This document shows positions 38,424 through 52,200 of a DNA stretch of 64,000 nucleotides, one piece after another (the first letter of the stretch is position 1; every line of letters starts with the position of its first letter). Source of the stretch: Tubulanus polymorphus. Its lineage: Eukaryota; Animalia; Nemertea. A program made the position numbers and the translations under genes. Under the pieces are notes generated by a model. It saw only the letters and a program-made list of their open reading frames with translations. It searched no databases and was not told the DNA's origin. The stretch is from assembly GCF_964204645.1 (NCBI RefSeq), contig NC_134031.1:20095910-20159909 (forward strand), given 5' to 3'.

Positions 38424-39241
38424 CTACTTTCCTTTCATGCAATAGCAAGTTACGCAACCGTTTGCATCTACATTCACAGTTGAACATTTTCGCTGGCATT
38501 GCTTTTTACAAGCTGAATAAGAAATGCATATAATTTACCATTCTTCATAATCTCATTGGATAATCTTTCACCTGACCGAAAGTTGATTGAATAACCACAG
38601 AGAAGCCGAGCATTTTTTATACCTTTCATCTTGCATAACTATCACCTTTTCTATACGTAATACTTACGTGATGGTTTGCATTTGCATGTTGGGCAGCCAT
38701 TTTTACCAGGAACATATCCGTTAGGACAATAGATTTCGCAAGTTGGGCCGCAGCCGTCAACTGGAAAAGCATATTTAGAAATTAGATTAACCTTCTTAGT
38801 TCCCAAAGAGAAACGTCATTTCTATAAGTAATCGTTATTTGTATGATATAGATTCATTTGTTCATATAAACTTTACATATCACACCTCGATTACGAAAAC
38901 TTACTTGATTTGCATACACATGTAGGACAGCCATTTCCATCTAGAACATTTCCATACGGACAGAATACTGCACAAACTGGGTCACATGTTTTTGGAATAA
39001 CTGTAATTATATATAGATGAAGATGCTCCCTTTGTGTGTTTACCGGAAATACTTCCATCAAACGCGTACGACTGATGACTAAAAGTTAATTTCTCGCGAC
39101 TTTCAACGAAACACTTTTATCTCAATTCAACCTTACAAAGAATTAGATTTAGATTTTACGCTTGATAAAGTTATATTTACCGGACAGAGATTGCGCAACA
39201 GGTAATAGAAGAGCGACCACGAGGACAGACGTGGAAAACAT
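38424..39241 (-). CDS. Secreted antistasin-repeat protein (putative serine-protease inhibitor), 5 short exons, about 123 aa
   Basis: MFSTSVLVVALLLPVAQSLS|VIPKTCDPVCAVFCPYGNVLDGNGCPTCVCKS|IDGCGPTCEIYCPNGYVPGKNGCPTCKCKPS|RERLSNEIMKN|ACKKQCQRKCSTVNVDANGCVTCYCMKGK*; all introns are phase-1 GT-AG. Confidence 0.88.
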
Positions 39242-39886
39242 TTTTTGTCGAGCGTTCAAGCCGAGTAACACAGAAAATGTGAGCCACCCACAAAGCCGTC
39301 CCAGCTGCTTCAGGAAATATATCATCAGGAAGAAAAAAAATTGAATTCAAAATGAGTATCTCAGAAAAAATATTACATGATCTCTGTAATCGCTTGCATA
39401 AAATGGTCAATAAATTATCCTGAAATCGCATGAGAAAATCATTTTGTATTGTTCCTCGTTGATTTACGCCGAAGATAGGTCACGAGTCGAATAGAGAAAA
39501 TGATTCCTAAAATCTCAGTCGTTAAAAGATAAATTATATCCCTAGATGATTGAATACATCGTTTGATTATTAATGGAATTATGACTGTTATATTCATTGT
39601 TTCATTCGTAACATGAATAGAAAATGCGTACAAATGTTACACTGAAAAGTAACTTTATTTCATTAGACGTTGACAAAAACTGGGCTGAAACGACAACGTT
39701 AATATTGCAGCATTGGAAAAGGCAAAATGAAATTGCCTCTGGGGCTTAGTTAGTATTTAAATGATCAATAAAAACTGAGGTAATCCAATCCTAAATTGAT
39801 GAATTATATTCATATATAAACGCAACATTGATCTAAAAACAACTAAAAGCAACTAATCTTTCAGATTTTTGTAATCATCATCTGCG

Positions 39887-40851
39887 ATGGTGAGTAATGA
39901 ATCATTTGCACCGCTAGTAATGTTTACAACCACCGCGTATCGTACGGTAGTCGTCGACCCTACAAAACTTTCGTACGCGCAGAAAATATCTCGTAATTGG
40001 AAGCTGTTTGATTTTTGGTTTCATCGGTAATGTATCCATCGTTGTCTTGATGACTAGAAAAAAGTTCCGTAAACTATCTTATAGTCGTATATTTCTCACC
40101 CTGGCTTTAACGGATACGCTGATTTTAGTTCACCAAACTTGCAAAATGGCGAATATGATTTCGCACGATATCCAAGGCAAAGTTGTAATTGTTTTCGGTA
40201 GCGTGTTGCAGTGTACGGCTTATGAATACATAGTTACTGTCGCAGCTTTATCTAGTGCCTGGCTTCTTGTTTGTGTGTCGGTCGAAAGATTGTATATTGT
40301 GAGATTTCCATTTTCCGCGTGCCGATTTGGACAACTAGGATGACATCTATTTTGAGTTTAATCGTTATTTTAGCCATTTGTTTTGGTTTCTCGAGCATCT
40401 GGCCTGTCATAAACTACAGTTCTATTCAAGGCTGCTATTTTGAAAGGACGTACGACCAAGAACGCCGTTATGCGATATCTCTAACGACTTTCAGCTCGTA
40501 TTGTCCAACTATTTTGTTATTTGCCCTATCGGTATACACCTATCCTTGAGAGATAGTAGAAGCAATAATGATGTTTACAGAACATCTTCAGGTTCGACCC
40601 AGGCCAGTTTGGTAGTTCTGACAGTATCTGTATTCTTTCTTTGCACCACGACGCCGTTTTGCATTATTTGGATACTCAAAGAAATACCCGCTTTGAAACA
40701 AAACATGTATATCGCATTCCAAGTCGTGGGTATTTTCTTCACATGGAACTATGCTTTGAATTTCTACCTTTACCTTGCAGTTGGGAAGAGCATTCGCTCA
40801 GAAGCCATGAACCTCGTGTACTCCTGCATCAAAAAGAGCTATTCATTGTAG
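39887..40851 (+). pseudogene. Frameshifted class A GPCR
   Basis: GFIGN, LALTD, SVERL and NFYLY are split over different frames (about 3 frameshifts). Confidence 0.8.
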
Positions 40852-41046
40852 AGCCTTTTTTCGGTTAAAGCGTGATTTTCAAACAATTTCCAAAATATTC
40901 TAACATTTTGCACAAGATCGTGTTTATATATATCTTGGTCCTTGGAAGGTTATTTGGCACTCGTAACCGTCGCGTTTTGTCGACATAGTTTCGTCGTGAT
41001 AAAGGGTCGCGACGGTTTTGTCGAGTCTCAAATTAGCTTCCGTATA

Positions 41047-41223
41047 GAGAACGGCTCAAATTCAGACAGCAAGGTGAACAACAGGATGCGACAAACAACA
41101 AACAATGTCGACAAATTGCATTCATGATTTTAGCGCTTAATTTGATACTTTTTATAGAATAGTAAATGGCATTAAAAACACGATATTGCCGACATTTTTC
41201 CAATTGAAATATCGGCCATTTCA
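41047..41223 (+). pseudogene. Decayed duplicate of the ICL3-TM6 segment of the 35935 GPCR
   Basis: Aligns with 36640-36820 (CGGCTCAAATTCAG..GCAAGG.GAACAACA.GATGC.ACAAACA...); contains stops and indels. Confidence 0.85.
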
Positions 41224-41310
41224 AGTAGTTAGGGTCTTGTATAAGCTATATATATTCGAATGTGCTCTGTATTTTATTATTTAATTGACTTACTCGAAAA
41301 TATATACGTA

Positions 41311-41822
41311 AGGCCAAATAAAAAAATATTTGTTGATCATTAACCCCACCCGAAAAATATATACCCGACCCAAATTTCTGTTCAAATAGTACAAAAACCA
41401 CATTCAACGCGTTCCAATTTGGTGCCAATCAAAAATGATTTTGTCATTAGGACAGTTTAGCAGAAAATTTTAGCATAGAACCCAAATCATATTGATTTGA
41501 GTTCTATGATTTTAGTAAACAAAACGATTTATCGATCGATGAAGCGTCGTTCACTGAATAACAAACTGACGTGAACATTCGGTTGTGGAGGAGATTGGGC
41601 CTGCTGACGCCTGGAATAAACAGCGAAACAGCGGGCAAAACGCTTGGAGTTTAAAGCTATCGAATAGTTAAAATAAAATTGTTTTGATGGAAAAGCTGCT
41701 GTATTCTTTCATCGTATAACATTTACCACACTTTAAAAAATCAACAAAAAAATATCCTCCCGCCCTACCCAAGGATTTCGTAAAAAGACGCACAGGCAAC
41801 TATCTTTTTTTTAATCTGGCCT
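41311..41822. mobile_element. Degenerate Harbinger-like MITE
   Basis: AGGCCAAATAAAAAAATA ... TATCTTTTTTTTAATCTGGCCT. Confidence 0.45.
41474..41508. mobile_element. 35-bp palindromic micro-insertion with 7-bp TSD
   Basis: ATTTTAG|CATAGAACCCAAATCA-TAT-TGATTTGAGTTCTATG|ATTTTAG. Confidence 0.75.
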
Positions 41823-42405
41823 TTTACAAACGTATACACTGTCGCGCACTTACTTTTAACGACAAGCTCAAATTTCCAATAGTTTAAACTCGAATATTAC
41901 AGTACAGTAGACTTGGCCTACCATACAACACTGATAGAGAACTATATGAGTGAAAAATATACATGCATGTAGCTTGGTTCGAGCCACGAGCAATTATCTC
42001 AAGGCTCCCGGGTTCGAGTGTGAAACGATAAAACGAGAAAAAGTCGTTTTATCGCGCGAGGAAAGGAGTAATTTTCCATTTCGTTGCTACGTTTTAAAAC
42101 GTAAGATAGCGATACGATACGTAATACACTATCATTTAGATTTAGGAGTTGACTGGAGTTCTGATGAAAGTGTTTCTATTAATCGAGGCGACTGGATCGT
42201 TTTCAAAATACATATACACACATGTGTGTGTCGCTAAAAGTACACACCAACGAGAAATAATGGATTGCGGTTAATATTGGCGCGCGCCATATCAATATTT
42301 TCAGTGATACCGTAATAATTCATTGCACAAAAAAAAAACATAAATACTACCCCATTATGTTTTCGCTTGATTTCATAACGAACCATAAGTTCATATTGAT
42401 CGAGC

Positions 42406-42456
42406 TGTATCGGATAGTATCGGATTGTATCGGATTGTACCGGATTGTATCGGATT
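42406..42456. repeat. 10-bp tandem repeat (TGTATCGGAT)x5
   Basis: Seen directly, about 100 bp upstream of the Kv ATG. Confidence 0.9.
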
Positions 42457-42549
42457 TACCAACAAACGCAGCATTTAGCAAAAACCGAACATAGGAGTAA
42501 TTGAACGACGCAGAGCTTTACCTTTCAGTAGAACATACAGGTTATTAAA

Positions 42550-44413
42550 ATGACCGCTGAAGTCGAAGGGCAAAATTTAGAGATGGACGAAACATTTTCT
42601 AATGACGAGAATGACCGTTTGGTCAAAATAAATGTCGGTGGGCGAGTTTTTGAGACGAAAATCTCCACGTTAAAACGAATCCCTAATACGCGACTGGCCT
42701 CATTGCCAACCGACGAGGAGCATTTCATAGCTGATAGACAGGAATATTACTTTGATCGTAATTCTACTGTTTTCGAATCGGTTTTGGAATTCTATCGAAC
42801 CGGTGAACTGCATACGCCCGTATCATTGTGCGGACCGCAGGTCAAACGCGAGTTGAAATACTGGGGAATCGACCAAAGGGATGTCGAAAGATGTTGCTGG
42901 ACGAACTATTACGGCAGTATGGGAACTAGGGATGACTTGATTGAATTTGAGAAGTCGTTAATGAAATACAAGGCACCTGCTGCTGGTAAAGGGTGCACAT
43001 CGTGGAAGAAGCAAGTGTGGATGTTTTTAGACAACCCATCATCATCTATTGGAGCCACGGTAAGTGCCACGGATGTGGACAGAAAATCGGCAACTGTCAC
43101 CCAATTTATCATAAGTCGATTCCTTCTCAGTTAAGGTCGGTTTCGTGGATAGATTTTCAATTACCATGAACTACATTGCATCCTAAATCTGAACTCATAT
43201 TTCACACAAGCGAAGATATCAAAACAAACTCCTGACTTTTCACAGAAAATACCTTTCAATCGTTATTCATGATTCCAACACAAAATAGTGGCGATGGTTT
43301 GCCTTATTCTCAAAACATAATTTGCAGTAAGCCGTATGCTAGTTGCTTTTAGTTTTAACTTTCCAGAAATATAACATTATATGATGACATTGACCGTTCA
43401 AATTTTTATGTACATTTCTAGTTCTACGGCAGAAGATTGATCAATTTTTTTACATCGCGTGTTTTTTCATCTCATCTTAGATATTTGCCGTCTTGTCGCA
43501 ACTGATAATCATCATTTCGGTAATATCGCTTATCCTCGAATCGATACACGACGTTCAGGTTCCGATGAGTCGCTATGACAATGATACGTTACGCATGTTA
43601 CCAGGAATCCGTCAAGCAGGCGACACGACCGTTCCCCCGATACAACTTCTCTACGTCGATTGGTTCTGCTACGTATTCTTCATCGTCGAATACATTGTGC
43701 GCTTCATTTTTTGCCCGGAAAGAAAAATGTTCATAATGAATATGTATTTTGTCATCGATTTTCTGGCCATAATTTGGCCGATTATATATTACGTCACACG
43801 ACTAGTCGATGGAGAGTTCGCCGCGAAACCGAAATTCGTGATTACAGTTCGCGCTTTGGAATCGCTACGCGTGATCAGATTGCTGCACATTATGCGTAAT
43901 ATTCACGCCGGAGAAGTGGTTCTATATTCACTGCGCAGGAGTATGAGGGAAATAGGTCTGACTATTTTACTGTTCATAATCGGAACGGTGTGCTGCGGCT
44001 GTTTAATGTACTACGCTGAAAAAGACAACACGAAAAACTTTCTGGACATCACATCCTCCATCTGGTGGGCCATGGTAACGATGACGACGGTCGGGTACGG
44101 CGACATGTACCCGACTCAACCATGGGGATATCTAGTCGGCGCTTTGACTATGGTCATCGGCATACTTCTTGTCGGTTTAACTTTCTCAACGATCGTTAAC
44201 AATTTCATGTTGTTTTTCGGCCACGATCCCAAAGCAGACAACTATCGATGTCCCAGGTCGTACACACCCCCGAACATAACCGAGTTGGTGTTCAACCAGA
44301 ATATTTACTATGCTCACGATAAACCTGCGACGCGTTACCCTTACCCCATAGACTCTACCGAGTGTGGAATAGTCAACGGTGGATATTACAGACGTGAGCC
44401 GAAAAGCTACTAA
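42550..44413 (+). CDS. Voltage-gated K+ channel alpha subunit, Shaw/Kv3-like, 2 coding exons
   Basis: T1 domain INVGGRVFET...EYYFDRN...RCCW; pore WWAMVTMTTVGYGDMYP; intron about 43060-43480. Confidence 0.93.
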
Positions 44414-45176
44414 GAAGGGCTAGGGCAAAATTATGGTGCCGACAAAAACTGATATGTATTCGCGAGCACATGGTTTCCGAGGAATCTGTAACATTTCCTG
44501 TACTGATAATGTCAAGCGATCGTAGATTCTTCAACATTTTTCAATTGTATGAAGTTTTGAATTAGTAATCTAAGTATGTCTTTCTGCCGAAATCAGGGTA
44601 GAACCGAAATGGCGGTATTTATTTTACAATACAGTTTCTTTGCCAGTTTCCGTTGAGACCGAATGTTCCAGTCTGAAGAAGAGCACGTGTGATTGAGTGG
44701 ACAACGTTTAGAGACGACCGGACGAAAACTGTGAGAAGCTTTGAGAAGAACGAGTCCGTAAACATCCGAATGCAGTAACTCGAGAATGCCATATCTCCAG
44801 TTTTCCATAAACAGTGAACATAAAATGGACAAAATCTACTTACATACACCGGAGCCAAGATTGATGAATTAGTTTCGATTACTTTATTCGGCAAACAAAA
44901 AGTTTACGCATTTTACATAAAGATAATATATAACACGTGTATCATGTTTTTTTATCTATGATCTCTGTACAAATTATTGCAACCGACAAAAAATTCAATG
45001 TAAACATTTCTAGCAAGTTTCGGTAAATCTACCGAGAAAAAACGTCCTGGAGAAGAATAGATTAATCAATTTATCATGATACGTATTCAATAACTATATA
45101 CGTCATTATTATAAGCTTTTTAAGCACATTCATATATCAATGTATATTTTGATTGCAGCTTTCATTTTCCGATGGA

Positions 45177-48024
45177 TTATTCCGGTAATTGATCAAAAAT
45201 GCCGTTTGTGGCGCCTTCTGACATCACGGTTATTGGACGGAAAGGATCTTCGGACTTCGAGATGAGATTCTGAAAATACATATTCAAATCGATAAGAAAT
45301 CTTATCGATAACCGGATATCATTAAGGATTTTGTTAAGACGATAAAAACGTGCATATAACTTACGTGAGCGTAACCCATCGAGTTTCGACGCTCATCAAC
45401 TGATGCTTCTTTTCCGACCCAAACCAACACCATTTTCTCAGTTTCGTAAACGAATACATCCTACAAACGTTATATCGAGTTCGTGGAAGTTATTTAAACG
45501 AAGATTTCTCTGTTTTGGTTTCAGTCTTTAAGAGCAAAAGGCAGTAGACACGGAATGAAAATGGTTCCCATGTAACCGGGTAAAGCTGGTTAATTCGATT
45601 TACAGTTTAAAGAGAGTTTAAAGTTTTTAGAGAGCGGGAAGTGAAAGAAGGGGGCCGAGGGAGAGGTATGCCCTAAAATGTTGGGTAGAATGCCTTTATC
45701 TTCAGCGTATCCCCACCTGACTGTTGAACAAGGCTTTGGTGACTGCGCCGATACCGTCAACAAGTTCTTTGAATGTCGAATTCCCACCTTCATCTGACAA
45801 TCTGAAACGAAATATTTGATACAATATGCAATAAGTTTTAGCCCACGCTTAATCTACGGATCCAAATACACATACTCATTGAGATACCACTTACATGAAA
45901 AGCTTTTCTAAAGGTTCCATACCATTTTTCGATTTCGATTGCCCATCTGCGAGATGTTTCGTAATCATGTCGGCCTAAGAAGAACAAAAAATGTTTCATA
46001 TCTATGCACAAAAAATAAAGAGTGCGCTGAAATCAAATCATACCATGAAAATCATTTATCGTAACTAAGATTGTTAAAACGAATGTTTCAATGCATAGAG
46101 GTACATGCGCGTCATATTGGGCATAAAATGACAGTCGACTAAGACTTCGTTATTTCAGTTTCTGCTAGCACCTGACGGCCAATATGACGCGCTGTGACAT
46201 CAGACGCATTATCTCTACATGTATTTGCAGAGATTTGAAATAATCGTTCTGTATACATCAATGAACATATTCATAGAGCTTACTTCGTTAATGAGATACA
46301 ACGAAACTATGACTATTAATAAATACCCGATCAGCAATGGTCAATTTGGATTTTCCTGCGCGGTCTGATTTCAATTGGTTAACATACTGCGTCGCCTAGT
46401 TCGAAATAGATAAAACAATTCATTGTAAACGTTTCGCTTACGTTCTTTTAGTAAAGAATGAGTCCTACGATATTTGTATATATCGACGCACCTTGAATTT
46501 TTCATCTTTATCGCAGGATGGTCCAGAATACACGATTATTTCGTTGCCGAGGTCAAGAATGAAGCAATCCTCGTCATTTATGTTGCCTTTCTTTTTTGAT
46601 ATCTGTGAAACATTTTTAGTTGAGAACTTAAAGTTTTTAGACAACAGGAACAGCAGTAATTTGTTTCGTCCAAAGAAAATTCGATGTTTTAATACATTGA
46701 AGTAAGAATACACTTTACGGGTGGAAACATTTTCGACTTTTCTAATAATTCAATTTTCTAATAATGCGAATTAACTTTTTCTCATCAAGTTTGGATTTGC
46801 TGAACCAATATTTTAGTTTGACCACAAAAGAAATTATGTAATTCCGTTAATGATCAATCGTTTATCGTGTATCATACGTACCTCAGTCACGGTTGTATTT
46901 TTCATGGTTTTTCCTTTTACCAGAAAAAGTCTTTTCGGAGGACACTCAGGTAGCACTCTTCGGAATCCGGTATCGGCACCACCCTTCAAAATCCTTGATA
47001 ATAAAACAACTTTTAAACTTAGTAAAGCCGCGGTGAATATTAAGTGGTAGTACATCCAGTATCGGTTTATTAGGTACTTACGTCATGTTTTCGAAGTAGG
47101 ATTTAAACAGACTGGATTCGTGCGCCTGAACCTCACGATGCTGGACCGGTTTATCATCCAAAAACGTATCGAGTTCAACCGTTTTATAGGCAGCAGTACC
47201 GTATTCATCCTATACAAGTGCGTAGAAAATCACGTTTTTTACTCATCCGAAAACATGTTCAAAATTCATCAATTTATCGAACGAACCTGAGTGCTGTATT
47301 TTCCGATCCAAAAATGAACATCCATCAGAATTTCATCGCTATCTTCATTTTTGTATTTCTTAAAATGAGGTAAAGAATGTATATGAATGGAATATGTACT
47401 TGCTGTGTGTGCATTTTGCCGGGCAATTTTGCCAAGTTCTTTTGGCCCCAAAAATTGGTAAGTGTATGCTTACATTTAGGATGATGTAGCTATCACCGTT
47501 ATAGAATTGTCCATAATCCTCCGGATTGAGGTTTTCAACCTTAAACTTCTGAGAAGGGAATATACGATATTCGATATACAATGAGACTCTTGAATAATTT
47601 GGCGACACGTGTTTTTCGTTTAACTCACCACTATTCTCCATATCACCAATCCAATTTCATCCGGACGGCTAACTTCCCAGGCGGGTTCAGTTTCAGCCGA
47701 TTGCTCTGAAAAATGAAATGGGGCCGATAAGAACACACGCCAACAAGTTTCCCAAACAAGCAATTGAATCGAGCTCTAGAAATCCCACATAAATGAAAAA
47801 ACAGGGACCCCAAACTTTAATAACGATAGGCGGTGTGGCCCGCGAAAATCCGACAAACTCACTTTTCACTTTCTTCTCGGTATCACTACCAAACAACGCT
47901 AGGTTGGAGTCTTTCCAGTCGTATTGCTTTGCTGTAAAAGGAACATTATAGTTATACTTGCAACTCACCCAAAATCACGTTCGAGAAGTCTTATCACATA
48001 GACAAGTGTTTTACCTTTTAACAT
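45177..48024 (-). CDS. Three-domain gelsolin-like (severin/fragmin-type) actin-severing protein
   Basis: MLK|[97 protein letters not shown]. Confidence 0.93.
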
Positions 48025-49223
48025 TATGTCGTTGGTCGTCTGTCAACGATACGAATGAAAACGTTTTGCCTAGGCAGAGATATATATTCTAGGCATATAT
48101 ATAGTGTAACGCTGAAAGGGACTTACTAAAGCGTATGATGAGTCTGACGCCGATATTAAACGATATGGGTCAGCGTGACATTCCATTACCGCCGCAAACT
48201 ATTCTATTATCCGACATTCACGCAAATCGGTTTTCGCCATATATGGAACCATATGGAAATAGTATGCTATAATTTTTTCTATTCAGGGATTTTTTCAGTG
48301 ACTTCCGTCAGCGGATCGCTACCATCATAAACTGTAGAATATGGTAGATAGTATAATGCGTGCACAGTGTCGGATTCAGAAACATATTCAGGGTTGACCG
48401 TTTGTCATTCAAATTGGAGCTAGGGAGAGGGGAGGTGATACTTAGCTCGAACATGTAACTTCTTTAAATATCCTACAGAGAAATACAAATTATAATATTT
48501 GAGTAAATCATTGATGTTTATGCGTGAATTAGAATCCATTCGTGGTGCAAATTTTTGAAATTACTGGAGCACAAAAATAGTGCCGCACATTTCTACTTTT
48601 TACCGAAATAGCCGCCTTCACTAGACTCACCACTCTACCGATGGATTGAATGAATGGTCGAAATTGGTTCTCGATTGTAACATGAAGCTTATACGTATCT
48701 TTGCAAAATATACTCGTAAGGATATGGACGTTAGCGAATCCGTAAACAAAGTGGAGATTGCAAGTTCCATGAAATTTAAAAAATTCTAATTATCAATGAG
48801 GTCAGAATTCCACGGTCAGAATTCCTGGTTCGCATTGATTCCATTTTTCCATATACATTTTTGATTAATCACGCAATACAGAGTTAGTCATACGAGATCA
48901 TGTTTAATCTATGATTTTTTTACGTGCTTTAAGTTGTTTCAATATATTATCATCAGTCTGGGTGATATGTAAACCTGGAATACAGTTGTTACCTGCCCTA
49001 CCTCGGTTTGTCATAGTATTTTCGTTCAAAGCACAATTCTATCACCGGCTAATAATACAAATAAACTCCATTATGTCGTGAATGAATTAGCGATAAAGAG
49101 CTCCAACAGATACATGAGCAGATTCCAACGTCGCGTTCTATAAAACTCAAAACAGATAGAAACGATGGAAAAACATGCAGGTTTATGCATAAAGCTGCAT
49201 TTTGTGGACAAAATATTGCCGCA

Positions 49224-52200
49224 ATGTGGCATTCTGCGAAACGTGCGTTTTACCTATGCCTCCATATATTTGCCCTCGAACCTGTGACATCCAGGAAGAT
49301 TATTGAGCAAGGTAAGCGTGGAATCACTTTCATTGAGTTCTGACAGATCTACGCAATATGAAAATGATATAAAGCCGTTTTGCTTTTTGAAAGTTACCGT
49401 TTAAGATCACTAGAATTTGTATTAAGAAATTGATACATTCTTTTCCTAAAACATTTAGGATTTCACCCTAACGTATCCGATAGCCTCAACTTGTCCGCAT
49501 GTCATCATTTGAACGGCAAAATCATTTTCGACGTTGGTCTCCGAAAACAAATAGAAAATCTAAGACAATTGGCCATTCTGAATGGAGGTAGTAGCTATAC
49601 CGTTCGTGTATTTACGTAAGGTTTTTTATCAGGATCGAATTTAACATCGTCGTCATTTTCCATGTATAGAATGCGCTAACGGTACGAGCCTAGATTTATC
49701 AGATAAGCAACATGCACCAGCAACAAAATCAACAGGATGGTCGGTAATTCAGTTCTTGTCATCTACGTATGACGTCAGCGATGTTCTGTTCGCTCTCATC
49801 AAACATATAGCTTTGCACCGCGTGGTTGTCATATACGACAGAACGTGGCTGGGTAAGTGTGAATCAAAACTATCAAATGTTGTATCCATTCGTGGTGTGA
49901 TAGAATAGCTAAAAACCCACAACGTAACAATTTTCAAAAATGAAAATCTCAAAAAAGGGCAAAACACTTCAAAAAAGTGCTTTATAATGCAATCGTTTCG
50001 GCCAATGAAAAACAAGACGTTATAACGATTTCGGTAGCGTTATAAAGAATGGTATTTCCATTGAATTCGAGTAACTCATGTATAGGTCGAGAAAATCTGT
50101 GCTCTGTGAAAAATGTTGGCGTTAAGTGAACATTGGCATTAAACAGGATGGTAGCGTTATAACCGACTTTGACTCTATTTATCAAATCAAAAAGACGACA
50201 TTTTGTCCTCTCACTCGTATATGTAAAGTGCTCGCATCACGATCGTTCACGTGAAAGGTTAGGAACCGAATTTACGCACTTTTATTATAGGATCGGTTGC
50301 GAAATTCATACGTGATCTGCGACCCAACACGCGCGCGGTGACATTCGAGATTTCTGACCGGACCGACTCGACGAATTCGTCAATCAAAAACATCATTTCA
50401 CGCGTTATGTCTAGATGTGTTCCCGCGTACCGGCTGTTTGTTTTACTCGCCGACTCTACTGTCGTTACAGAAACGATAGATCAGGTGAGATATAACTGAA
50501 AATGGAAAAAAAACTAAATTTTGTAGCTGCGAAACAACTGTCAATCATAGTTTTTCTCCTGGTGTTTTCAATTGATCTTGAATACAGATTGGACCACTAT
50601 TAGGTTCTTCTCCTCGTCGTATCTGAGTCAATGCTCTGATGAGAATTACGTTGTCTGGTTCAAGAAAGGAAAGTTCCTTTTCTTATGTATCATTTTAGGC
50701 GAGTCTAAGTGGTTTACTACATAATCGTTTCTATTGGATCACAGCCGGCGATGAACTGCTCACGGATCCGATGCTGCCCAAATTCAGTAATATACTACAA
50801 GTTTTGCCGTTGATTGAATGTCAAGATTATCGACGTGCAACAATTTCAAATGAAACTAATAACCTGGTAAGTTTTTTTTTCGACCGAATCATTGCACCGA
50901 AATCAGACAACGATCTGACGTGACACCATGGCTTCATTTTTCTACTTTAGCGCGAAGAAATGTGGGCAACATGTATGAGGCAAGACAGTTCTATTACTGC
51001 TAAGTATGAAATTTACAGTAGTTTTACCGACAACAGCGGTATCACCAAATTCCGCAAAACATGGCGGTGGTCGATCAAGGAAAAACAGTTCATCGCCAAC
51101 AAGACGGAGAACAATGTGTTTATGAACAAACACAGAGCTATCTACAATCGACGTCTTATCGTTACTTCACAACTAGTCTGTATGGTTTTAAAATTATTTC
51201 ATTTTTCTAGATTGTTTCCAGTTTTTACGCATGAACTATGAACTAATTTACAGGCGTGGCCGACTGTGATTAAATACTACAATAAAACCACAAATGAAAC
51301 TCTCTGGGATGGCTTCTGTTTCCAGATACTCAGAGAAATATCGAAGGTTTACAATTTCAGGTGAACAAAATTTTGTCTTCACTTTCGTCAATAAAAATCA
51401 ACAACTCGCCTCAATTGATAATTTTACTCTCAAGATGATTCTGTATTTTATGGACTTATAGTATGTTTGATATTTTTTCTTTCGGAGTTTTGACGTGATT
51501 CAACCGCCCGATAATCAGTGGGGAGCCCAAGATGAAAATGGACGCTGGTCAGGGATGGTCGGCATGGTCATGAGAGGGGTATGAATTTCATTCTACAGCA
51601 AACGGTGTTGTAAATCAAAAGCCATCGTATATTCTATTGTCTGGACTTCTAAATACAGAAATACAACGTCATTAAAAGAATCTTGCTCGTACACTAGTTA
51701 CTAGTATAAACCCCACCTCTTAATCGTTCTATATTCATTAGTAAACCTGCCTTTCCAGGAGGCTGATGTCGCCGTAGGGCCGTTTACTATCACGGACCTT
51801 CGAGAGAGGTTCATAGACTTCACGTATCCATACGCGGAAGCAGGGCTTACACTCGTGATGAAAAAACCGCAAGAACAAAACAAAGCTTTCAAAATATTGA
51901 AACCTCTGAACTGGCGAGTCTGGTACCTGATACCGTCGATGATGATCGTGGTCGGGATAGTGATACACGTAGCGACGCTGATTAGTCCTTTTGACCGGAG
52001 ACAGATCGCTAAAAGGTTCGAACGCAAGTGTCCGAAGAAAGCGAGAAAGAAGAGTAGCCTAGAAAATACTATATGGTTAACGTTTGGTACTATACTCGAA
52101 CAAGGTTCGTGAATGATTTACATCTATTTTGGAGATATTATACTACACCGGATCATCCCTTTCACGACACTATTCCAATATTCAATTCTATTCCAAAAGG

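Noticed and set aside
42406-42456. CRISPR-like repeat
   Set aside because: Contiguous 10-bp minisatellite with no spacers, in a eukaryotic context
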